A DNA stretch of 32,091 nt from Candidatus Latescibacterota bacterium (lineage in GTDB: Bacteria; Latescibacterota; UBA2968; UBA8231): contig CBDBIJ010000079.1 in assembly GCA_965205655.1 (NCBI GenBank), forward strand, positions 1-32,091, given 5' to 3'. The notes below the pieces were generated by a model. It had not been told where the DNA came from, did not search any database, and was given only the letters and a program-made list of their open reading frames with translations. The translations under genes were made by a program, and so were the position numbers. Shown in pieces: positions 18,935 to 27,669 of the stretch (positions within the stretch are counted from its first letter, which is position 1; the number at the start of each line of letters is the position of its first letter).

Positions 18935-19100
18935 CGCGCCATATCCACCTCGGCAATTACTTCCAATTCCACAGCGACTCCAGGGGGCGGCAGCTCTCTA
19001 ACACCGACGGCGAGGCGAGGGTGGCGTGAACACCCCTGTCGCCGAGCGCTGCCATCAGCTCCTCCGCCCATCGTATCACTCTTCCAGGCAGCTCTTCCCC
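18935..19100 (-). pseudogene. RidA/YjgF family gene remnant (C-terminal part only)
   Basis: Minus strand RVIRWAEELMAALGDRGVHA, then after a 5-nt insertion RLAVGVRELPPPGVAVELEVIAEVD, which resembles the HARxAVGVxxLPxGxxVExE end of Rid proteins. Confidence 0.7.
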
Positions 19101-19169
19101 AGCTTTCCCACAGTCGTGAGGCGCAAAAGATCTGGGTCGCGGTTGTGACAGCAGGAGTGGCGTTAACCG

Positions 19170-20471
19170 ATGTCCGGCAGTAGGCAGAAAAGTCAGCCGC
19201 ACGATGCGGTCGACAGCGTATTCCGCCTCCTGAGGAAGGGGGACTTTCGGCGACTCTGGATCGCCGACGGCTTGTGGTGGCAGGGGATGTGGGTGGAGCA
19301 GATTGCCATCGGCTGGCTGGTGCTCGATCTCACCGATTCGGCCTGGTGGGTCGCCATGATCGGCTTCGCCCGATCTGTTCCACTGCCATTCGTGGGTCTG
19401 TTCGGGCCGAGCCTCTCGGACCGATTCAAGAGACGACACGTCATCCTCGCGGTGCAGGCAACCAGTTTGGCCACTATGGCGCTCATCACCTCGCTCTACT
19501 GGCTCCAGCTACTTCAGTATTGGCACCTAGCGGCGGCAGCTCTGGTGAGCGGCTGCTCATGGTCGCTGGAATGGCCGGCCCGCCGCGCGATGTTTCCGGA
19601 TCTGGTCGGAAAATCGAAGGTTGTGGACGCCATGGTTCTCGAGAGCATGTTGCAGAGCGTATCGAAGGTATCGGGCCCGCTTCTGGCCGGATCGATCATT
19701 CAGGGCTTCGGCATGCTCGGGGCGTTGACTTTGCTCACGGCGCTTCTCGCCCTGTCTGTGTTCACTCTGGCTGGCTTGAAGACGGATTCCCGATCACCAG
19801 ATCCGCCCAGGGGTCTCAGAGAGTCGTGGCACCGAGTTCGTGTGGGGTTCCAGCACGTGCGCCGAAGGCCGCCCATCCTCGGAGTACTCCTGATCACAGC
19901 CATCATGAACGGGTGGTCGTTTCCATATCAAGTGCTGCTGCCAGTCTTCGCGCGAGATGTCCTCTCGCAGGGACCGATGGGCCTGGGAATGCTCGGAGCG
20001 GCAGTCGGTTTGGGTTCCTTGATCGGACTCGTCGTGGTAAATCGGATTCGTCGAAGGCTATCCAACGAGGTGATCTTCGCGGTTAGCTCAGCTGTGGCCT
20101 GCGTGGGGCTCGTGGCGTTTTCCGCATCCACCTCGTTTGCCTTGTCTCTGGGGTTTCTCTTCCTGGCGGGTACCGGGCACGCCGGTTTCAGCACCATGCA
20201 GAGCTCGATCACGCTCTTGCGCTCCGCCGACGAAATGCGCACCCGAACGATGGGAACGGTCGTGTTGGCGATCGGCGTGGGACCGCTGGGTCGCCTTCAG
20301 GGGGGGGCTATGGCTCAGGCCTGGGGAGCGCCGCTCGCGGTGGGCAGCATGGCGCTCGGTGCTATCCTGGCAATGGCGGTCGTCACACTGGTTCTGCGCG
20401 GATTCATCATCGCGGGGCGAACGTCGCAGGATGGCTCGGAGCATGCTGCGGAGTCATCCCCGGCTCGTTGA
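19170..20471 (+). CDS. MFS transporter (DHA3/MFS_3-like)
   Basis: About 12 TM segments. FRRLWIA, motif A-like GPSLSDRFKRR, WPARRAMFPDLV and LLPVFARDVL. Confidence 0.92.
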   Translation: MSGSRQKSQPHDAVDSVFRLLRKGDFRRLWIADGLWWQGMWVEQIAIGWLVLDLTDSAWWVAMIGFARSVPLPFVGLFGPSLSDRFKRRHVILAVQATSLATMALITSLYWLQLLQYWHLAAAALVSGCSWSLEWPARRAMFPDLVGKSKVVDAMVLESMLQSVSKVSGPLLAGSIIQGFGMLGALTLLTALLALSVFTLAGLKTDSRSPDPPRGLRESWHRVRVGFQHVRRRPPILGVLLITAIMNGWSFPYQVLLPVFARDVLSQGPMGLGMLGAAVGLGSLIGLVVVNRIRRRLSNEVIFAVSSAVACVGLVAFSASTSFALSLGFLFLAGTGHAGFSTMQSSITLLRSADEMRTRTMGTVVLAIGVGPLGRLQGGAMAQAWGAPLAVGSMALGAILAMAVVTLVLRGFIIAGRTSQDGSEHAAESSPAR

Positions 20472-20496
20472 CCGGGGAATCTGCTATGTGTAGAGT
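20468..20496 (+). promoter_or_regulatory. Sigma70-type promoter for the mini-ORF and SDR
   Basis: TTGACC-17 nt-TAGAGT overlapping the MFS stop codon. Confidence 0.55.
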
Positions 20497-20544
20497 TTGC
20501 GAGCTTGTCACAGTTGCGGAGCAACCTGAACCGGAGCAGGGGCG

Positions 20545-20640
20545 ATGGCATCTACGATAGGGCCGCAGCTGTTCACCCTCAGGGATTTCATGGAAATGCT
20601 GGACGACATGCGGCGCAACATCCGGATGGGATTGCAGTAG
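20545..20640 (+). pseudogene. 31-aa ORF, probable internally deleted sugar phosphate isomerase/epimerase (IolE-like) remnant
   Basis: MASTIGPQLFTLRDFMEMLDDMRRNIRMGLQ*. GGAG lies upstream and the stop is 2 nt before the SDR ATG. IGxQLF/YTLRD is the characteristic N-terminus of that family. Confidence 0.55.
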
Positions 20641-20642
20641 CG

Positions 20643-21419
20643 ATGTCCCACCTGGCCAGGTTCGAGCTCAGCGACAAGATCGTCGCAGTCACCGGCGCCG
20701 GCCGCGGCATCGGGCGTGTGATAGCCCTGGACGCGGTTCGCTCCGGTGCGCGAATCGCGGTGGGCAGTCGGACCACGAGTGAGCTGGAGAGTCTCAGCGC
20801 CGAAGTCGCCGGAATGGGTGGGGAGTGCATTTTCACCCACCTCGACGTCACTGACGTTAAATCGATTCAGCAGTTTGTCGATCTGGCGGTGGAGCACTAC
20901 GGCTCAGTGGACGTCTTTGTGAACAACGCCGGATACAATAAACTGGGAGCCGCCCTCGATTACGACGAGGAGCTTTTCGATTTCATTATAGAAGCGAATC
21001 TCAAGAGCGTTTTCTTCGGCAGCCAGATCGCCGCGCGAAAGATGATCGAGGCTGGAAAGGGCGGCAGCATCGTCAACATCTCCTCCCAGGCTGGAGTCGT
21101 GGGAGCACCCGAGCGTTCGCCCTATAGTGGAGCGAAAGCCGGCGTCAACAATCTCACTCGGACGCTGGCTGCAGAATGGGCGAAACACAAGATCCGAGTC
21201 AATGCCGTGGCGCCCACGGTAACGCGCTCTCCCATGGCCGAAGTGGCAATGAAGGAGAGCAAGGCCTTTGCCGATGCGGTTTCCGAGAAGAACCTCCTGC
21301 GAGGAGATCTGGCCGAACCCGAGGAGATTTCCGCGCCGGTCATCTTCCTGGCCTCGGATGCGGCCAGTATGATCACCGGCCACACGCTCGTGGTGGATGG
21401 GGGGTGGACGATCGTCTGA
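20643..21419 (+). CDS. Short-chain dehydrogenase/reductase (SDR)
   Basis: VTGAGRGIG, VNNAG, catalytic S...YSGAK, IRVNAVAP and ITGHTLVVDGGWT. Confidence 0.95.
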   Translation: MSHLARFELSDKIVAVTGAGRGIGRVIALDAVRSGARIAVGSRTTSELESLSAEVAGMGGECIFTHLDVTDVKSIQQFVDLAVEHYGSVDVFVNNAGYNKLGAALDYDEELFDFIIEANLKSVFFGSQIAARKMIEAGKGGSIVNISSQAGVVGAPERSPYSGAKAGVNNLTRTLAAEWAKHKIRVNAVAPTVTRSPMAEVAMKESKAFADAVSEKNLLRGDLAEPEEISAPVIFLASDAASMITGHTLVVDGGWTIV

Positions 21420-21461
21420 AAGACGATCGTTTGGGAGAAGCGATCTTTGATCGCTTCTCCC
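21408..21461. terminator. Two tandem perfect hairpins between convergent genes, probable bidirectional terminator
   Basis: ACGATCGTCT-GAA-AGACGATCGT (21408-21430) and GGGAGAAGCGATC-TTT-GATCGCTTCTCCC (21433-21461). Confidence 0.65.
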
Positions 21462-21494
21462 GACGGCGGCGTTCTCAAGGCCTCAAATCGAGCT

Positions 21495-22694
21495 TCACTC
21501 CAGGAGTTTTTTAACGCTCTGTTTGTAACGCGTGTTCATCATTCGATCCATGTTTTTGACAGCGCTGCGGCAGGCGGCGCGCAGGCCTCCGGGCCTGGTG
21601 GCGGCGCGGACGAGCAGGTCGACGAGACCGAGCGCGTCGTCCAGGTGAACGACCTCGGGCCGCAGTCGCTTCTTCCCCTGGTTGTGGTAGTTCCTCAGCG
21701 GCAGCGCCACGGCGCCAGTTTGAATGCCGGCGCTGCTCAAGGCGCTCGCTTCGCACATGCCCCCATCCATCAGGCGCCGCTGAAAACGAAACCGTCGGTC
21801 GGAGTCAGCCGACTCCTTCCTCAGCTCATCGGCGACGGTGACGAGCCCGCCAGAGATGAGAGGGTCGAAGATCCAGCCTCTGTCGCCGACGCGGATCACC
21901 GGGCCGTCTCCAAGCGGGGCTCCCGCCTTGCAGCTCGAGCATTCGATGTTGATGTGGATGCTGCGCCGAATGAGGTGGCGCTCGCGGGCGGCGGCGATCA
22001 TGCCACCGAAGCCGATCTCCTCCGCCCTTGTCAACAGCAGCCCGACGCGAATTGGAGCTTCGAGGCGCCCGAGCTCGCGGAGTACGCCCAGCCCCACGCT
22101 GACCCCCGCCAGGTCGTCACAGGCGCGACCTCGAAGACGACGCCCCCGCAGCTCAAAGGGCTCGAGGTCCCACATGGCAAAGCTTCCGGGCCCCAGCGTT
22201 TCTGCTGCGGTCTGCGCGACTCGCACTCGGAAGGCGCCGACTCCGCCTCCTCTCCCAACCATGCCACCCCGGCGATGGGAAGGCGTGTTTTCAGAGTGTT
22301 CAAGATAGGCGGTGATGCGGCCGGCCACCGGCTGCCGGTCAGGGTCGCGGTCAGATGGGTAGATGACAACCTTGGCGCCGCGGGCGAAGTCGTCGCGAAC
22401 GCCTCCGAGTTTGTGGAAGATGATGTCCCTCGACGAGACGCGCTCAGCGAAGACGAGACCGGGGTGATCCATGTGGGCGGTGATGATGAGATTTGGTGCC
22501 CTGCGCGACGCTTCTTGGAGGCCGTCGTAGAGGAGATGGAGGTTGCCGAAAGGATCCTCGTCCACTCGAACCGACTTCAGATCGTCAGCGACCGCTCGAA
22601 CTTCCGCGGCCACCAGGCCCTCGTGAAAGGGTGCGGTCGGCAGCGCCATGATGCGCTGTGCCAGCTCGAGGAGATCGGCCTCATCCATGGCCAT
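21495..22694 (-). CDS. M20/M28/M42-type zinc metallopeptidase/hydrolase
   Basis: Metal-ligand motifs TAHMDHPG, ACDDLAG, RAEEIG, IECS and NYHN, plus DPFGNL. Confidence 0.85.
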   Translation of the reverse strand: MAMDEADLLELAQRIMALPTAPFHEGLVAAEVRAVADDLKSVRVDEDPFGNLHLLYDGLQEASRRAPNLIITAHMDHPGLVFAERVSSRDIIFHKLGGVRDDFARGAKVVIYPSDRDPDRQPVAGRITAYLEHSENTPSHRRGGMVGRGGGVGAFRVRVAQTAAETLGPGSFAMWDLEPFELRGRRLRGRACDDLAGVSVGLGVLRELGRLEAPIRVGLLLTRAEEIGFGGMIAAARERHLIRRSIHINIECSSCKAGAPLGDGPVIRVGDRGWIFDPLISGGLVTVADELRKESADSDRRFRFQRRLMDGGMCEASALSSAGIQTGAVALPLRNYHNQGKKRLRPEVVHLDDALGLVDLLVRAATRPGGLRAACRSAVKNMDRMMNTRYKQSVKKLLE

Positions 22695-22773
22695 TCAGTT
22701 CGATTGCAGACTGTGAGGAGCCGCAGGCAAGGTGATGTGGGTAATGAGTTCGATGATCTGCGCGGCGTCAAGC

Positions 22774-22802
22774 TGGACCTTCCCCCGCCGCCCTCATATA
22801 TT
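22774..22802 (+). promoter_or_regulatory. Possible sigma70 promoter for the J-domain/pspA cluster
   Basis: TGGACC-17 nt-TATATT, 19 nt before ATG 22822. Confidence 0.5.
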
Positions 22803-22821
22803 GCCTTGGGTCGGTATTGGG

Positions 22822-23190
22822 ATGGAAATCCTTCGTCGTCTCTACAACATCGCCAGGATACATCTGTCCGAGCTTCCACCGGACGGTGGTGAGCGATCGG
22901 GTACGGGCAGCGGCAACGGCTCCCGGTGGAATGATGCTGATCGGGGGAAGCGCTCCGAGTCAGATGGCTTCGACTCCGAGCTGGCTTCCTACTACGCGAA
23001 TCTGGAAATCCCGTATGGCTCCGATCTCGACACAGTTCGGGCAGCGTGGCGACGCCTGATGAAGAAGTACCACCCCGATCTTCACAGCGCCGATCCTGAG
23101 AAGAGAGAGCTGGCGAATGGACTGAGCGCCCAGCTCACGCATGCGTATCGTGAGTTGGAGGCGGCTCTCAACGTCAAGCGAAAGATGTAG
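22822..23190 (+). CDS. Small J-domain (DnaJ-type) co-chaperone with a C-terminal J domain
   Basis: YYANLEIPYGSDLDTVRAAWRRLMKKYHPD...AYRELE, with the HPD motif intact. Confidence 0.9.
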   Translation: MEILRRLYNIARIHLSELPPDGGERSGTGSGNGSRWNDADRGKRSESDGFDSELASYYANLEIPYGSDLDTVRAAWRRLMKKYHPDLHSADPEKRELANGLSAQLTHAYRELEAALNVKRKM

Positions 23191-23194
23191 AGTC

Positions 23195-23596
23195 ATGTCG
23201 CAGAATTTCGAACAAGTGAAGGATTACATCCTCGAGCTCGGATTTCGAATCGATGAGGAAATCCCCGAGGAGGAGATCGTCATCATCAACGATGACGACC
23301 GCGGGATAAGCAATCTCGTCATGGATTGCGAAGACACGATCCTCGTCATCGAGCAACTGATCCTGAAGCTCGACAGCAGCACATCGCAAGACACCTACAA
23401 ACGGATTTTGCAGATGAACCGGGAGCTCGTTTTCGGCGCCTTCGTTCTCAACGAGACGGGCGATACCTTGATATACCGCAACACGCTGGCGCTGGAGAAT
23501 CTGGACCTCAACGAATTGGAAACGACGATCAACGCCCTCAGCCTGGGACTGGCCGAGAACGGCGAAGAGCTTCTTTCGTTCGCAGCGGGAGAGTGA
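23195..23596 (+). CDS. YbjN / CesT-Tir chaperone-like protein
   Basis: 133 aa and very acidic. ILQMNRELVFGAFVL and YRNTLALENLDLNEL. Directly upstream of pspA, like E. coli yjfI. Confidence 0.75.
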   Translation: MSQNFEQVKDYILELGFRIDEEIPEEEIVIINDDDRGISNLVMDCEDTILVIEQLILKLDSSTSQDTYKRILQMNRELVFGAFVLNETGDTLIYRNTLALENLDLNELETTINALSLGLAENGEELLSFAAGE

Positions 23597-23602
23597 GAGA
23601 TC

Positions 23603-24325
23603 ATGGCTGGAATTTTTCAACGACTGTTCAAAGCTGGCGAGGCCGAGGCGCACGCTGTAGTAGACAAGCTCGAAGATCCGATCAAGATGAGCGATCAGGC
23701 CGTCCGCGATCTCAAGAAAGATCTACAGGCGAGCCTCCAGAGTCTCGCCGAAGTCAAGGCGATAGCCATCCGCATGGACAAAGATGGCAACGACGCCCGT
23801 CGGCTGGCCGAGGATTACGAGCGCAAGGCGATGCTGCTGCTGCAGCGTTCCCAGGCGGGTGACATGGCCGAGGCGGAGGCTGATCGGCTGGCGACAGAAG
23901 CCCTGAGCCGAAAAGAGGATGCCGCAGGTCGCGCCATGGAGGCGGCGACGCAGGCCCAGGCACAGCATGACATGGTGGCCAAGCTCCAGAATAATGTGAA
24001 CGAGTTGAAGTCGAAAATCGGCTCCTACGAGAACGATCTGGTCATGCTAAAAGCGCGCGCCAAGACGGCGAATGCGACACGCAAGATTAATCAGCGGCTT
24101 TCGAGCGTCGATTCGAAGGGAACGGTTGCTCTTCTCGAACGAATGAAAGAGAAAGTGTCGGAGCAGGAGGCGCTGGCCGAGGCCTACGGAGATATGGCCG
24201 ATGCGTCCACGTCGATCGACGATGAGATCGATCGCGCCATCGCCAGCGGCTCGACTGCGAAAGCCGATGATTCGCTCGCCGAGCTCAAGGCGAAGATGGG
24301 CCTCAAACAAGGGGGCTCGGGTTAG
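23603..24325 (+). CDS. pspA: PspA/IM30 family protein (bacterial ESCRT-III-like)
   Basis: MAGIFQRLF amphipathic helix, DKLEDPIKM, long coiled coil, LERMKEKV and LAELKAKMG. Confidence 0.93.
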   Translation: MAGIFQRLFKAGEAEAHAVVDKLEDPIKMSDQAVRDLKKDLQASLQSLAEVKAIAIRMDKDGNDARRLAEDYERKAMLLLQRSQAGDMAEAEADRLATEALSRKEDAAGRAMEAATQAQAQHDMVAKLQNNVNELKSKIGSYENDLVMLKARAKTANATRKINQRLSSVDSKGTVALLERMKEKVSEQEALAEAYGDMADASTSIDDEIDRAIASGSTAKADDSLAELKAKMGLKQGGSG

Positions 24326-24412
24326 TCGTCAGACTGCCTGTAAGTATCAATCTTTCCCCATCACTGCTCGCAAATCCCGCACAGTTGACCTGATTCGACC
24401 GGCGCCGCGCCT

Positions 24413-26131
24413 ATGCCACGCCTGAGCCGACGGAATTTCATCCGTCGGAGCTTTCGTATGTTCGCTGCCGGCGGCGGTTTGCCCCTCGCCAGCGCGTTCT
24501 CCCTGTCGTGTCTTCGCGATTCGCCGGGCCGCTCCTTTCACATTCCGGGCCGCATAGCCAACCCCTCCTCCGCTTCGCGGGGTCATGTGCTGCGGAATCG
24601 TTTGCAGTGGGACGATTTTCCGGTGTCTCGGGAAAAGCGCTGGGACGCTGTCGTCGTCGGCGGGGGAGTCTCGGGGCTGGCGGCAATGTGGAAATTGAAG
24701 CGAGCCGGGCTCGAGCGCATCCTGCTGCTGGAGCTGGAGGAGCAGCTGGGCGGTACCTCGAGGGTCGGCCAGCTGGGACACCAATCCTTCCCTTGGGGTG
24801 CCCACTACATCAACATTCCGCCCAGGGAGGCGGATTGCATTCACGAGCTTCTGGTCGATCTGGATGTCATCGCCGGCTACGACGCCGCCGGACGGCCACA
24901 GATAGAATCCAAGCATCGGTTGAAGTGGCCTCGAGAGCGCCTTTTCGCCGACGGCGAGTGGAGGGAAGGGTTCGATCCTTTCAGTACCGGCTCGGCTGCG
25001 GGCCGTGAGGTGTATCGACAGTTCGAAGACGACATGCTTCGGTGGGCGCTGTACACCGGACGCGATGGACGCAGGGCCTTCGCCATGCCCCTGGCGTACA
25101 GCTCGCGAGATTCAGTCGTCCGCGAGCTGGACGGTATGACGATGCTCGACTACGTGCGCTCGCGAGGTTGGGACTCGAATCAGCTCGACTGGTTCGTCAA
25201 TTACGCCTGTAAGGACGACTACGGCTCTCTCATGCATCAAGTCTCCGCCTGGGCGGGCATCCACTACTACGCCTGCAGGTTCTACGATCGCCGTATCGCC
25301 GACCAGTATCCCGCCGACACCCTGACGTGGGAGGAGGGCAACGGGTATCTGGTGAGGGCTATGGGGGAACAACTGGAGCCAGAGCAAGTCAGGCTCAACA
25401 CTGCCGTCGTTGGCGTGCATTGCATGTCAAATAAAGAAGCCGAGCTGGCATACATCGATCTGTCCAGCGGCGAGCGACGGCGACTTCTCGCCCGGACGGT
25501 GGTGTACGCGGGCAAACTTCACACGGCGCCACACGTCGTTCGTGGCCTGCCGGCTGAGCGGAGGCAGGCGCTCTCCGCGCTTCACTACAGTCCCTGGCTC
25601 GTGGCTGCTATCCAGGTGAGCCGTCTGCCCGACGAGCCGGGAGCCCGCACAGCATGGGACAACGTGGCCTACGACAGCCAATCCGTGGGCTACATCGAGG
25701 CCTCTCATCCGACTTCGAGGGCCGCGAACTCAGACGATGCGGGCCCCTCAGTGCTGGTCTACTATCTCCCATTCGTCGATCGCTTGGCCGCTTCTCGCCA
25801 CGAACTGCTCGAGCGCGATCACGCCTTCTGGGTCAATACGATCATGACAGACCTCGCCAAGGCGCATCCCGGTATCGAGGAAATCGTCGAGCGCATAGAT
25901 GTCTACCGCTGGGGCCACGCCATGGTGAGGCCGGTGCCAGGGCTCATCTGGGGAAAGGCGGCCGAGGAGCGCCGGCGGGCCTTCGAGTCCGTTTCTTTCG
26001 CCACCTGCGATGCGACGGGGCTGCCGCTGTTCGAGGAAGCCGTTTTTGCCGGAGTCCGGGCCGCCGAGGAGTGCCTCGATCGGCTGGGAGCCAATTACGA
26101 AACGTCGCTGCCGGGACTGAGCCGTGCCTGA
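24413..26131 (+). CDS. Tat-exported FAD-dependent oxidoreductase (flavin amine oxidase-like)
   Basis: Twin-arginine SRRNFI, dinucleotide motif VVVGGGVSGLAA, ELEEQLGG, PWGAHY, RWGHAM and LFEEA. Confidence 0.85.
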   Translation: MPRLSRRNFIRRSFRMFAAGGGLPLASAFSLSCLRDSPGRSFHIPGRIANPSSASRGHVLRNRLQWDDFPVSREKRWDAVVVGGGVSGLAAMWKLKRAGLERILLLELEEQLGGTSRVGQLGHQSFPWGAHYINIPPREADCIHELLVDLDVIAGYDAAGRPQIESKHRLKWPRERLFADGEWREGFDPFSTGSAAGREVYRQFEDDMLRWALYTGRDGRRAFAMPLAYSSRDSVVRELDGMTMLDYVRSRGWDSNQLDWFVNYACKDDYGSLMHQVSAWAGIHYYACRFYDRRIADQYPADTLTWEEGNGYLVRAMGEQLEPEQVRLNTAVVGVHCMSNKEAELAYIDLSSGERRRLLARTVVYAGKLHTAPHVVRGLPAERRQALSALHYSPWLVAAIQVSRLPDEPGARTAWDNVAYDSQSVGYIEASHPTSRAANSDDAGPSVLVYYLPFVDRLAASRHELLERDHAFWVNTIMTDLAKAHPGIEEIVERIDVYRWGHAMVRPVPGLIWGKAAEERRRAFESVSFATCDATGLPLFEEAVFAGVRAAEECLDRLGANYETSLPGLSRA

Positions 26132-27653
26132 AGCGAGGCTGTCTCCCGCCCGCCTGATTCTGTTGTTGGCCGCCATCTTCGCGGCCTCCGCCTGCGCCAT
26201 CGTCTATGAGCTGCTCATCGGCAGTGTGTCATCTTATTTCCTCGGCGATAGCATCGAGCAGTTTTCTCTCACGATCGGGTTCTTCCTTTTCGCGATGGGA
26301 GTGGGATCGTTGGGCTCTCGCCTGATTCGGTCCAAACTGATCGATCGGTTTATCGGCATTGAGATCTGGCTCGGCCTCGTGGGCGGCGTCTCCGTACCCA
26401 TCCTCTATCTGGCCTACGGCTACACGAGCCACTACCGGTATTGCATGCTTCTCCTCATCATTGCGATCGGCACGCTCATCGGCCTGGAGCTGCCTCTGAT
26501 AACCCGCATCCTGCGCGAACGGGGAGGCAGTCTGAGGGCGACACTATCCAACGCCCTGTCGTTCGACTACTTCGGCTCCCTGGTGGCGGCGCTGCTGTTT
26601 CCCTACGTCCTACTGCCGTTCCTGGGCACCTTTCACACCTCTCTTGGCGCCGGCTTGATCAATGTGGCCATCGGTGCGGCGTTGTTGGTGTGTCTATGGA
26701 GCTTGATAGATCGCAGCTCGAGGGTGCGGCTCTCGCTGCTGGGCATCGCCGCAGCCGCCGTCCTCGGCGGCGTTCTCGGATTTGCCACGCCACTGAAGGA
26801 TCGATGGGAGAGCGGTCTGTACAGCGACCGGATCGTCTTCAGCGCGCAGTCGCCGTACCAGCAGATCGTCCTCACCCAATGGCGAGACGATGTGCGTCTC
26901 TATTTGGACGGCCACCTCCAATTCTCATCCGTTGATGAGTACCGTTATCACGAAGCCCTCGTGCACCCCGCCATGGGACTGAGCGCGAACAGGGCCCGCG
27001 TTCTCATCGTCGGCGGTGGCGATGGGCTATCCGCCAGGGAAGTCCTCAAGTACGAGGAAGTGGAGACGGTCGATCTCGTCGACCTCGATAGAGCGGTCAC
27101 GAATCTGGCGAGACGGGATGCGCGCCTCACGACTCTGAATGAAAACGCCCTCAACAAGCCGAAAGTGCGTATCTTCAATGAAGACGCTTTTCTCTTCATA
27201 CAACGCGCGCACGCTCCGTACGGCGTCATCATCGTGGATCTTCCCGATCCCCGCACCGATTCGCTGGCAAAGTTGTATTCGGTCGAAGGGTACGAGCTGT
27301 TCCGGCGCCATCTGGCCCCCGGGGGCATTCTGGCAACGCAGGCCACGAGTCCGTACTATGCCAGAAGGACGTTCTGGAGCGTCGCCGCCACGATCGCCGA
27401 GGCGGGGCTGCACGTGGTCCCGTACCACGTTCTCGTGCCATCATTCGGTGTATGGGGGTTTCAGCTCGCGGCGTCGAAGCAAGTCGAGCTCGAGGAGGTC
27501 GAATTCTCCGTGCCCCGACGGTTTCTGCGGCCGGAGCTGCTTCCGCAGATGAGAACCTTTCCGCCGGATATGGGCCCAGTGGAGGTGGAGACCAACCGAC
27601 TGGACCGGCCGGTGCTAATTCAGTATTACAAAGATGATTGGAGTCGCTGGTAG
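26124..27653 (+). CDS. speE: Membrane-bound polyamine aminopropyltransferase (spermidine synthase with N-terminal TM domain)
   Basis: About 7 TM segments (YELLIG, GLELPL), then QSPYQQI, LDGHLQFSSVDEYRYHEALVHP, GGGDG and DLPDP. Confidence 0.93.
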   Translation: MPEARLSPARLILLLAAIFAASACAIVYELLIGSVSSYFLGDSIEQFSLTIGFFLFAMGVGSLGSRLIRSKLIDRFIGIEIWLGLVGGVSVPILYLAYGYTSHYRYCMLLLIIAIGTLIGLELPLITRILRERGGSLRATLSNALSFDYFGSLVAALLFPYVLLPFLGTFHTSLGAGLINVAIGAALLVCLWSLIDRSSRVRLSLLGIAAAAVLGGVLGFATPLKDRWESGLYSDRIVFSAQSPYQQIVLTQWRDDVRLYLDGHLQFSSVDEYRYHEALVHPAMGLSANRARVLIVGGGDGLSAREVLKYEEVETVDLVDLDRAVTNLARRDARLTTLNENALNKPKVRIFNEDAFLFIQRAHAPYGVIIVDLPDPRTDSLAKLYSVEGYELFRRHLAPGGILATQATSPYYARRTFWSVAATIAEAGLHVVPYHVLVPSFGVWGFQLAASKQVELEEVEFSVPRRFLRPELLPQMRTFPPDMGPVEVETNRLDRPVLIQYYKDDWSRW

Positions 27654-27669
27654 GCGATTCACGGGGAAT

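Noticed and set aside
21447..22892. 481-aa plus-strand ORF
   Set aside because: Antisense shadow of the peptidase gene with no motifs. Such ORFs are expected at high GC.
24326..24412. Possible internal promoter or terminator after pspA (TTGACC present)
   Set aside because: There is no properly spaced -10 box and no convincing hairpin, so I left it uncalled.
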